From Lachnospiraceae bacterium (GTDB taxonomy: Bacteria > Bacillota > Clostridia > Lachnospirales > Lachnospiraceae): 64,000 nucleotides of DNA. The notes beneath the pieces were generated by a model that did no database searches, was not told where the DNA came from, and saw only the letters and a program-made list of their open reading frames with translations. The stretch spans positions 1,073 to 65,072 of the forward strand of contig CAVIJY010000002.1 of the NCBI GenBank assembly GCA_963643215.1, in the 5' to 3' direction. The translations under genes and the position numbers were made by a program. This document shows, one piece after another, positions 47,244-54,785 of this stretch. The number at the start of each line of letters is the position of its first letter. Within the stretch, counting starts at the first letter, position 1.

Positions 47244-47313
47244 TGGTTCGGGTGCACCCGAACCTTCGGTTACTCGGATTGTTTCGTGCTTCGCACTCCC
47301 ACAATCCGGTCTC
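47244..47313 (-). repeat. Structured intergenic repeat, family 1, copy C
   Basis: Same 70-nt element as copies A and B. It lies intercistronically between 47368-48288 and the giant gene. Confidence 0.85.
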
Positions 47314-47367
47314 AATTCGCGAATGCTCTACGGTAGTTGCGATCGCTTGTCTCGGTGAAGTGAGATG

Positions 47368-48288
47368 TCACTCAACCGTGACAGATGTGATGTCGGCATT
47401 AAAGTTCTCGGTTACACGCTGGTTCAGTCGTCCCGACAGAGACTGATAATTGCTGTTCAGATAAACTTCAACCAGAGCCTGTGAGTAGTCAAACTTTATG
47501 AAGAATACCGCTGTAGTGATGCCGTTGTCATATGTGGTGGTATCATAGCCCGAGAAGTTAAATGTCAGGCTGTTTGACTTGGTTGCATCTCCAAGCTCTG
47601 TATATCTTCCGTGCGCCTCAGGAATGGCCGAAAAAAAGCTTTTTAGCTCCGGCGCGCCCTCGCCGCTCCATGTCAGCCCCTTGCAGCCCTTATATACCGT
47701 ATCCGCGTCTGTCTCAGTCTCCAGTGAGGGTATCTGCACAGCCTGAGCCGCAACTACATTAGATAGATTCAGAGCGATATTTCCCTGAGTCCAATGCTTG
47801 TCAGCATCTGTTTTCGTGTATCTCAGTCCCTCATCATCTGTGGCATTCTTCAGATCTCCGGTGTTTTCCCGGTTCAGCGTGACTGTGATATCACCCTTGT
47901 CGGACACCTTCTGACCGGCTATGGTCAGGCGCATGTATACGGCTGTATCCTCGTTCCTTCCGACTACGGCATCATATCCGTTCATGGAGACCTTATCTGG
48001 AGAGCTGATCACAGCTCCGGTCGCTGATATCTTTCCGTCACTGCCGGTTGTCAGCTCACCGTAGTAAAGATTGCACTCGGTGACAGCCAGCTGTGTATCA
48101 TCCGATACTATGGCCGTCTCTCCTCTCTGAGCGATGCGGCCGAAGACCTGCCATGCTCCCGTCAGCGCGGCTGCCATGATCACCACCGACAGCAGCGCCA
48201 GAACAGCCAGTATTGCAGTAACGCCGCCCTTTCCTCCGGGCAGAGAAAAGGGCGGACGCTTTTTATCATTATCCTGTGAACTCTTCAT
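47368..48288 (-). CDS. Secreted/membrane protein with weaker SipW-like signal (LTGAWQVFG)
   Basis: ATG at 48288, 6 nt after GAGGAG. It has a TM/signal but no W-x-EG-x-D C-terminal motif. Confidence 0.5.
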   Translation of the reverse strand: MKSSQDNDKKRPPFSLPGGKGGVTAILAVLALLSVVIMAAALTGAWQVFGRIAQRGETAIVSDDTQLAVTECNLYYGELTTGSDGKISATGAVISSPDKVSMNGYDAVVGRNEDTAVYMRLTIAGQKVSDKGDITVTLNRENTGDLKNATDDEGLRYTKTDADKHWTQGNIALNLSNVVAAQAVQIPSLETETDADTVYKGCKGLTWSGEGAPELKSFFSAIPEAHGRYTELGDATKSNSLTFNFSGYDTTTYDNGITTAVFFIKFDYSQALVEVYLNSNYQSLSGRLNQRVTENFNADITSVTVE

Positions 48289-48299
48289 AATGGCTCCTC

Positions 48300-49406
48300 T
48301 CAATCACCGCCGGTTGTCGTCGGAACCACTCCAACATAGCTGACCTTCACGCTCAAGCCGATGTCATCACTGTCAGACATGCCGACCATAGCCGCGCTGT
48401 CGGTACCCTCCAGCCATACATACACCTCGACATCCACTCCTGCTGTAGTCGCGGTGCAGAGCTTTGTGGTGCCTGCCTCATATATATGCTCTGATCCCGA
48501 TGACTTTTTCCCCTCATAGTCGGCCAATCCCGCGTCTCCGACTGTTATCGCAGGACTCTCAAGCTTCCATGTCGCCGAAGAGCCTGCTGTGGTTTCCTCT
48601 ACTATCGCCTTGTAGTTTGTATCTGCATCTCCGTCCGTATTACCGCTTTCGGTCTCCGCTACCGGAGCATATATGAGAAGCACATCCCCGCTTTTAATTC
48701 CTACACGAACCGCCTTTTTAAAGCTGTCCTTGCCGCTTGAGGTGCCGCTGGTATTTAAGGTTACCGTGATCGGAGCGTCCGGATTCAGATATATATCAAG
48801 ATCGCCGCTTTCGGTATACAGATTGTCGCATGTATAGTAGTACGCGGTTCTTTGCTGATTCTCAAAGGCATTCGTATAAACGCCTGATACCCCGGTTGAA
48901 TCAAGCTCGATCCCGCCGCCTGTAGTTATCTTCGTGAAGTCATCCGCCAGCGGCGCGGATATGTCCACCGTGGTGGTTGTGGTTGATCCCGAAGCGTCAA
49001 TAGTATACCCGCCCAGTCTGAAGCTGCTCGCATAGAACCAGTTCGTAAGATCATTGGTCGATATGGGATACAAGGCCGCTTCGATATTTCGTGTCACGCT
49101 TTCTGCATACTTCTTATCCTCATCCGCCTGAGCCTTCTCGCTTGACGGTCTGATATACAGGGACGGCGACGGAGTATCCGAGGTGATAGAGGAGTTGGCG
49201 CTTTCCACCTTTTTGTTGCTGGCAAACCACGCACGCGAAAGAAACGCACCCGTGGACATCCCTGCCACAAGCACGCTCACCATGATGAGCATTATCTGCT
49301 GGTGCATGCGTCTGCGCAACTGCGCGACAGACGGCACGGACTGCCCGTCCCGGACTGCCTCCTGTTCATTATCATATATGCGGTTTTTATCCCTGTTAAA
49401 CAGCAT
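48300..49406 (-). CDS. TasA/camelysin-like secreted protein with SipW-type signal; first gene of the R2 unit
   Basis: Start MLFNRDKN at 49406, after GAGGAA. Signal ...GAFLSRAWFASN. The C-terminus is VYVWLEGTDSAAMVG...LSVKVSYVG. In-frame upstream ATGs inside repeat family 2 cannot be excluded. Confidence 0.6.
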   Translation of the reverse strand: MLFNRDKNRIYDNEQEAVRDGQSVPSVAQLRRRMHQQIMLIMVSVLVAGMSTGAFLSRAWFASNKKVESANSSITSDTPSPSLYIRPSSEKAQADEDKKYAESVTRNIEAALYPISTNDLTNWFYASSFRLGGYTIDASGSTTTTTVDISAPLADDFTKITTGGGIELDSTGVSGVYTNAFENQQRTAYYYTCDNLYTESGDLDIYLNPDAPITVTLNTSGTSSGKDSFKKAVRVGIKSGDVLLIYAPVAETESGNTDGDADTNYKAIVEETTAGSSATWKLESPAITVGDAGLADYEGKKSSGSEHIYEAGTTKLCTATTAGVDVEVYVWLEGTDSAAMVGMSDSDDIGLSVKVSYVGVVPTTTGGD

Positions 49407-49426
49407 AAAATGATTCCTCAAGCTCT

Positions 49427-49544
49427 GACCTTGGCTCATTGCTTCGCGTAACTGCGGAAAACACGCTTTGCGAGTTTTCCTCGTTATCGCGGCGTTCATC
49501 AATGTCCTGAGCAAGCTCGGACCTTGATTCATTGCTTCGCGTAA
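49427..49544 (-). repeat. Intergenic repeat, family 2, copy c (two 25-nt direct repeats flanking a 68-nt core)
   Basis: GACCTTGGCTCATTGCTTCGCGTAA at 49427-49451 and GACCTTGATTCATTGCTTCGCGTAA at 49520-49544. The core contains the hairpin GGAAAACTCGCAAAGCGTGTTTTCC. Confidence 0.8.
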
Positions 49545-49650
49545 AAAAAATCAGCCGCTGCAAATATATATTATCTGCAACTGGCTGACTTATTCAAGTC
49601 CCTTTAGCTTTGCGTCACCGCTTCACAACGGCTTTGCCCCTCTATTTGTG
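49543..49650 (-). promoter_or_regulatory. c-di-GMP-I (GEMM-I) riboswitch R2 with terminator
   Basis: Minus strand reads GAGGGGCAAAGCCGTT-GTGA-AGCGGTGACGCAAAGCTAAAGGGACTT..AAGTCAGCCAGTTGC. The terminator is TCAGCCAGTTGCAGAT..ATTTGCAGCGGCTGA plus T8, and its 5' arm overlaps the aptamer 3' strand. Confidence 0.88.
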
Positions 49651-49657
49651 TATACAC

Positions 49658-49686
49658 AGTTTAACGTCACAACCGACTCTTGTCAA
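49658..49686 (-). promoter_or_regulatory. Sigma-A-type promoter for R2 (TTGACA-17-TAAACT)
   Basis: -35 at 49686-49681 and -10 at 49663-49658. Confidence 0.55.
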
Positions 49687-49699
49687 TTATGTTTTGTTT

Positions 49700-50002
49700 T
49701 TACATCACAGCAGCTCTGTACGGTTCTATTTCCGCAATATCTTTTGCAATACTCGTTTTCAGTGCTCTTATATCAATATCATTTTGCATATCCAGAAAAT
49801 ATCGATCCGATACACCGAAGAATTTAGCCAGTCTCAAGGATGTGTCGGGGGTAATTCTCCTACCGCTGTTCAGGATAGCCTGTATTCTGGATACGGGAAC
49901 ATGAATGCCCTGAGCCAACTTATAGGCCGAAATATTCATCGGCTCCATGAACTCTTCTTTGAGGATTTCACCCATCGCGGGCGCTTTAATATACTCAGTC
50001 AT
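49700..50002 (-). CDS. higA: HigA-family antitoxin (XRE HTH)
   Basis: 100 aa. ISAYKLAQGIHVPVSRIQAILNGRRITPDTSLRLAKFFG is typical of HigA. It lies downstream of higB. Confidence 0.85.
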   Translation of the reverse strand: MTEYIKAPAMGEILKEEFMEPMNISAYKLAQGIHVPVSRIQAILNSGRRITPDTSLRLAKFFGVSDRYFLDMQNDIDIRALKTSIAKDIAEIEPYRAAVM

Positions 50003-50044
50003 GCTTCTCCTCCCCTCCGTTTATCGCAGCATGCCTATGCTCCG

Positions 50045-50329
50045 CTAATGATAATCAACGATTTCGACATGATAGAACTCGTTTCGTCCTTCTATCGAAA
50101 AGCAAATACGATACTGGTCATTGATTCGAATGCTGTATTGTCCTTCCCTGTCGCCATGGAGAGCCTCCAGGCGATTTGCGGGAGGAACTTTCAGATCCTC
50201 CAAGCATCCTGCATTGTCTATCATGATCAACTTTCGCAGCGCCACCCGCTGAATATCATGTGGGAGCTTCTTTGAAAAAATCTGCTGATAGATTTTCTGC
50301 GTCTCCTTGTCATTGAAGCTCTTTATCAT
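50045..50329 (-). CDS. higB: HigB-family (RelE/ParE superfamily) toxin
   Basis: 94 aa. MIKSF.DKETQKIY...LEALHGDREGQYSIRINDQYRICF matches plasmid-maintenance killer HigB. Confidence 0.85.
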   Translation of the reverse strand: MIKSFNDKETQKIYQQIFSKKLPHDIQRVALRKLIMIDNAGCLEDLKVPPANRLEALHGDREGQYSIRINDQYRICFSIEGRNEFYHVEIVDYH

Positions 50330-50511
50330 GCAGCTATATTATACCCGTTTCGCGTGTATTTTCAATGGTGTGTCGCGCAGAATTTTGCATGGAATAAATG
50401 TGTTTCTATCTCATTATTCGTTGTAAAAAATGTGGTTATGCAGCGAAATTTCGTCGCAATTTTTGTGATTATATATTATACTGTGCCTATATCATAAACG
50501 GAGGTGCCCAT

Positions 50512-51810
50512 ATGTACCGTATTGCAATTGAAAAGCTATCAAAATGGAAGGAAAGCAAGCATCGCAAACCTTTGATTATCGAAGGTGCCCGGCAGGTTGG
50601 CAAGACCTGGCTGATGAAAGAATTCGGCAGACAGGCTTATGCCGATACCGTATATATCAATTTTGACTCCAATTCCAGAATGACAGAGCTGTTTGCTTCC
50701 GATCTGGATACGGAGCGGCTGATAATGGGATTAGAGTTATATATCGGACGCAAAATTGATCCTGACAATTCATTGCTGATATTTGATGAAGTGCAGGAAG
50801 TCCCGAGAGCGCTAAGTTCACTCAAATATTTCTACGAGAACGCCCCTCAATATCACATCATGTGTGCAGGATCCCTGCTCGGCATCGCTATGCATCAGGG
50901 CACATCTTTCCCCGTAGGCAAGGTGGATTTTCTAAAGCTGTATCCTCTTTCTTTCAGGGAATTTCTGATGGCCACCGGCAAAGAGCATTACGCAGAATTA
51001 CTTGTTAAACAGGATTTTAAAATGATTACAGGCTTCAAGCAGACATACATCGATGCCTTGAAGCACTATTACTTTGTCGGCGGGATGCCCGAAGCGGTAC
51101 AAATTTTTGTTGAAAGTTGGGATTTTAGTGAGGTTCGCAGAATTCAAAGCGGAATCCTGGCAGCATACGAGCAGGATTTTTCCAAACATGCTCCCAATGA
51201 AATTGTTCCGAGGCTGCGCATGCTGTGGAACAGCATACCCTCGCAGCTGGCAAAAGAAAATAAGAAGTTTATCTATGGTCTTGTTCGTGAGGGTGCCAGA
51301 GCCAAAGATTATGAAACAGCAATCATGTGGCTCAGCGACTGCGGTCTCGTCCACAAGGTAAGCCGCATCAGCGCAGCGGATATCCCTTTGCGGGCACATG
51401 AGGATCTTAAAGCCTTTAAACTGTTTGTGTTGGATGTCGGACTTCTTGGCTGCATGACCGGACTGCGCCAGAGCACTTTGCTTGACGGCAATAGTCTTTT
51501 TGTAGAGTTCAAAGGCGCACTGACAGAACAGTATGTTTATCAGCAGCTCAAAACTGTCGATGGTCTAGAGGTTTATTACTACACCAACGACAGAGGATCC
51601 TGTGAGGTGGACTTTGTCGTTGATACCGGTGAAATGATTATTCCCGTAGAGGTGAAGGCAGAAGTAAACCTGAAAGCCAAGAGTCTGAAAACCTATCGGG
51701 AGAGATTTTCTCCCGAAATTTCCGTTCGCACATCCATGGCGGACTATAAAAAAGAGGACTGGCTCATCAATCTGCCGCTGTATGCTATAGATCAGATTGC
51801 GAATATATAG
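50512..51810 (+). CDS. AAA-domain ATPase with DUF4143 C-terminus
   Basis: Start MYRIAIEKL follows GGAGGTG. Walker A GARQVGKTW and Walker B LLIFDEVQ. The architecture is typical of the widespread AAA_14/DUF4143 family. Confidence 0.8.
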   Translation: MYRIAIEKLSKWKESKHRKPLIIEGARQVGKTWLMKEFGRQAYADTVYINFDSNSRMTELFASDLDTERLIMGLELYIGRKIDPDNSLLIFDEVQEVPRALSSLKYFYENAPQYHIMCAGSLLGIAMHQGTSFPVGKVDFLKLYPLSFREFLMATGKEHYAELLVKQDFKMITGFKQTYIDALKHYYFVGGMPEAVQIFVESWDFSEVRRIQSGILAAYEQDFSKHAPNEIVPRLRMLWNSIPSQLAKENKKFIYGLVREGARAKDYETAIMWLSDCGLVHKVSRISAADIPLRAHEDLKAFKLFVLDVGLLGCMTGLRQSTLLDGNSLFVEFKGALTEQYVYQQLKTVDGLEVYYYTNDRGSCEVDFVVDTGEMIIPVEVKAEVNLKAKSLKTYRERFSPEISVRTSMADYKKEDWLINLPLYAIDQIANI

Positions 51811-51875
51811 CATGAGAATGTTTTCAAAAGATGCACTTTGATTCTGTGAGATCGCAAAAACTGTGAGATCACAAA

Positions 51876-51901
51876 CAGGGGAGACCGCATGGCCTCCCCT
51901 G
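51876..51901 (-). terminator. Hairpin terminator between convergent genes (ends the R3 unit)
   Basis: CAGGGGAG-N10-CTCCCCTG, with TTTG following on the minus strand, 30 nt after the 385-aa gene stop. Confidence 0.5.
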
Positions 51902-51930
51902 TCATATCATTCTATCCTGTCAGATCCTGC

Positions 51931-53088
51931 TTATGTCGTAGGCATCTTGCACTGATTCGTTACATCAACCGGATACAGTCCGTCCACCAGCTTGTATACA
52001 AAACTGGATGTACCAAATGTTGTGCTAGTCGTGTACAGCTTTGTTCCGTCTGTCATAGCTACGCTAAGCTCGTAGTACTTTGTGCCGTCGATCGCGACTG
52101 TCTTGTCATCAGTTGTCTGTGCTGTCGCTGTCGACAGATCTGTCTTTGCTGCTGTGCTTGTTGCATTCAGCTTGGTTACAGCATCTGTTGTATCATCCTG
52201 AAGTGTTATCGCAACATCCAGATTCCATGCATCCGTCAGATTTGCAAATGTCGAGTTGGTGCACTTCTTATCCATACCTTCGATCCACATACGTATGGCA
52301 ACCTTATAGTACCTTGTCTCACCTGCAGCGATGTTGTCATCAATCACAGCATTTTCATTATTGGGTGTAAAGTCACAGGTCGCCACACTTGTCTCGCCCT
52401 CTACAGCTTCTGTACCATTTTGGTATTCATAACCGGTAGGTGCATATACCCACTTAAGGCTTGCCTTATCGATGGGGGCAACAGAAGTACTTTGTGTTGT
52501 TGTACCGGCATCTGTGACAAATACTGCTGTACGGAATGCCTTGATGGCCTCTGCATCTACACCGCCGTATACAAGATTAAGTCCTGTCATCACAACCTTC
52601 TGAGCAGAGGAGCCTGTGTTTACAGCCTTAAGACGGAAAACATAGTCTATATAACCCTTAGCACCATCAGTAGTCTTTATCTCATAGTTCTCAGAGAACT
52701 TGTTCTTGTATCCTGCAGATCCTGCCTCCTGGCCTGTAGTTGCATATTCAATAAATACATTATCGATTTGTGAACCGTCAGCTCTTGCATTTTTTGTGCT
52801 TGTATAGTAGAAATCATCGCCGTCAATCGTCGAAACAGGCTCCAGCAATGCGCTCTGCGACTGAACCAGCGCAGTCGCGAAATCTGTTTCAGGCACAGGA
52901 GTAGTCTGATTCTCTATTGTATCTTTCGCGATGAACAGGTTGTTGCTTACCTTTGTCGTCACGCTCATGCCTGTAGCCGTAACCTTGTTGTTTATCGCAA
53001 ACCATGCATATGTCGAGCTGCCGAGTGCTATAGCTGCGACCAGCACCATTGCGATTGCAGCCATCAGCTGCCTTCTTAATGCCTTCAT
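51931..53088 (-). CDS. TasA/camelysin-like secreted protein with SipW-type signal (candidate major subunit; monocistronic)
   Basis: Signal MKALRRQLMAAIAMVLVAAIALGSSTYAWFAINN, a strong RBS (GGAGG) and the C-terminus IRMWIEGMDKKCTNS. Confidence 0.7.
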   Translation of the reverse strand: MKALRRQLMAAIAMVLVAAIALGSSTYAWFAINNKVTATGMSVTTKVSNNLFIAKDTIENQTTPVPETDFATALVQSQSALLEPVSTIDGDDFYYTSTKNARADGSQIDNVFIEYATTGQEAGSAGYKNKFSENYEIKTTDGAKGYIDYVFRLKAVNTGSSAQKVVMTGLNLVYGGVDAEAIKAFRTAVFVTDAGTTTQSTSVAPIDKASLKWVYAPTGYEYQNGTEAVEGETSVATCDFTPNNENAVIDDNIAAGETRYYKVAIRMWIEGMDKKCTNSTFANLTDAWNLDVAITLQDDTTDAVTKLNATSTAAKTDLSTATAQTTDDKTVAIDGTKYYELSVAMTDGTKLYTTSTTFGTSSFVYKLVDGLYPVDVTNQCKMPTT

Positions 53089-53218
53089 AATCTTACCTCC
53101 GAGTAAATTCTTTGCCGGCCTGCACAGGCCTCAAAGGCATGCTCTGCATGTCCCTGACTTGTCCGGACTGTATTTGTCCGAACTATTTCATCCGAACTGT
53201 CTCGTCCAAGCTGCATAT

Positions 53219-53330
53219 AAAAAAACACATCTGCACCCTTTCGAAGCACAAATGTGGCAACTGGCTGACTGAGATCCCAGTCCCTCTAGTTTTGCGTCAC
53301 AACCTCACGATTGCTTTGCCCTTATCACTT
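53219..53330 (-). promoter_or_regulatory. c-di-GMP-I (GEMM-I) riboswitch R3 with terminator
   Basis: Minus strand reads AAGGGCAAAGCAATC-GTGA-GGTTGTGACGCAAAACTAGAGGGACTGGG..TCAGTCAGCCAGTTGCC. A CACATTTGTGC..GTGCAGATGTG hairpin and T7 follow. Confidence 0.85.
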
Positions 53331-53336
53331 GGTTCG

Positions 53337-53365
53337 AGTATAACTGCTGCAATAGCTAAAATCAA
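53337..53365 (-). promoter_or_regulatory. Sigma-A-type promoter for R3 (TTGATT-17-TATACT)
   Basis: -35 at 53365-53360 and -10 at 53342-53337, with the aptamer starting about 8 nt downstream. Confidence 0.6.
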
Positions 53366-53480
53366 GCTTAAATAGAGAAACAATACTGTCAATTTTGCAT
53401 CGTTTTGAATACAGTAGTTTCATTCTCCCTTATTCTTTGTTTCTTATTCCTTATTCCTTATTCCCTATCACCGTTTCGCG

Positions 53481-54752
53481 TCACTGTGTGCCGGAAGCAT
53501 CCGTGCTCTCGCTCTGCTCTCCCCCGTTGCGTCTGGTATACCAGTTCACATTCTGATACTTGAAGTAGTCGGGAGCTTCTGTTCCTGCCGCGCCGATGGG
53601 TCTGTCTCCGCTGATGCTGTCCTTGATATCCTGTATGAACTTCGCAAGGAGCGTGGTTTCATTGTTGTCCGCCGCCGCGATGTTCATAGAGAACTCGACC
53701 GAGCCGCCTATGATGTCATCGATGCACTCGGGATCGTCTCCCTCCATCCATATGACGACAGTATACTTGTTGACATATCCTACCTTGAAGTCATTCTCCT
53801 GAAATGAGCATACCACCTTGGGGCTTTCAAAGTTCACGCAGCCCTGCTCCGGCTCCCCGCCGGCAGACGGCCATGCATACACTGTTCTGACTCCGTCTCT
53901 CCATACGGCGACTCTCGCCGCCTCCTCTGCGCCCTTGGAGCTGGAGTCCAGCGTGACTCTAGCTATATAGTCCACATCCTCCTTGCCCGCATTTCTCACA
54001 TAATAGGTATATGCCATATAGTTGCGTCCGTTATGACCCCCGTCCACATCCGCTATATCAAACGGCAGATCCTCTATGGATATATTGGTCGCGTCCTCCA
54101 CATGACTTGCCACAAGCCTTGCGGTAGGCGATGTAAACTCGGGATCCGCCGACATGGCTATTCCCTTCCTGAAAAGCTCAAGTCTGTCCAGATTGATGGT
54201 GAAGTTGCCCATCCGCTCCTGCATGAACGCCAGTATGAAAAGAAGCGCTATCGCCATGAGCGACCCCATCAGAAAGAGTCGCATTTTGTCAAGCCTCAGC
54301 AGAGCCCGTCCTATCAGCTTCGCGCGTCTTACGGGGATATATGTGCTGAGTACATCGCGGGTATCCTCCTGATTGTAGTTGTAATCAGCCTTTCCGATAT
54401 CCTCGACACGAACCATGCGGAAGCTCTGCCGCTTCTTACTTCTTTTGAAGAGTCTTTTTTTTGAGTTCTCCGGTTCGCCGTCTCTGTCCGCACGAGCAAA
54501 CCGTCGAAGACCACGCGACTGCTTTTTCTGCCCCTCGGGGAGCTGAGCTTTGCCTGAGGCTTCATTCTCACCCGGAGTCTGAGTCCATCCCGGAGCCTTG
54601 ATCTCGCCCGAAGCCTCCGGCTGCCCGTCACTTCGAGTATCAGCTCTCTCGGGTTCGGTCTCCTGCATCTCCTCCTCGAGCGGATCTCCTATCTCATATT
54701 CATTTGTATCGGCATCCTGTCTGTACTTGTCATGCCAGTGCTTATCATTCAT
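53481..54752 (-). CDS. Membrane-anchored TasA-like protein (acidic cytoplasmic N-terminus, one TM, extracellular TasA-like domain)
   Basis: TM LFLMGSLMAIALLFILAFM without an A-W-F cleavage-type motif. The C-terminus VVIWMEGDDPECIDDIIGGSVEFSMNIAA is shared with the fibre-subunit family. Confidence 0.6.
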   Translation of the reverse strand: MNDKHWHDKYRQDADTNEYEIGDPLEEEMQETEPERADTRSDGQPEASGEIKAPGWTQTPGENEASGKAQLPEGQKKQSRGLRRFARADRDGEPENSKKRLFKRSKKRQSFRMVRVEDIGKADYNYNQEDTRDVLSTYIPVRRAKLIGRALLRLDKMRLFLMGSLMAIALLFILAFMQERMGNFTINLDRLELFRKGIAMSADPEFTSPTARLVASHVEDATNISIEDLPFDIADVDGGHNGRNYMAYTYYVRNAGKEDVDYIARVTLDSSSKGAEEAARVAVWRDGVRTVYAWPSAGGEPEQGCVNFESPKVVCSFQENDFKVGYVNKYTVVIWMEGDDPECIDDIIGGSVEFSMNIAAADNNETTLLAKFIQDIKDSISGDRPIGAAGTEAPDYFKYQNVNWYTRRNGGEQSESTDASGTQ

Positions 54753-54785
54753 AGCCTTACCTCTGTGCTCGCATCCGTTCCGGCA

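Noticed and set aside
47215-47304. N-terminal extensions in the ORF track. Affected ORFs are 43081-47304, 48300-49532, 33160-34215, 9443-10678, 4857-6635, 60443-61597, 15029-15637 and 50398-51810.
   Set aside because: The extensions run through intergenic repeats, riboswitch or terminator sequence, or the upstream gene. Internal ATGs with good Shine-Dalgarno spacing or stop-start overlaps give more sensible starts.
49610-50275. 221-aa plus-strand ORF overlapping the higA/higB region.
   Set aside because: It is antisense to two genes with clear HigA/HigB sequence signatures. It has no homology features.
49700-51900. Calling the HigBA/DUF4143 segment a mobile element.
   Set aside because: No integrase, transposase, inverted or direct flanking repeats, or tRNA target are visible. 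Only composition and context hint at an insertion.
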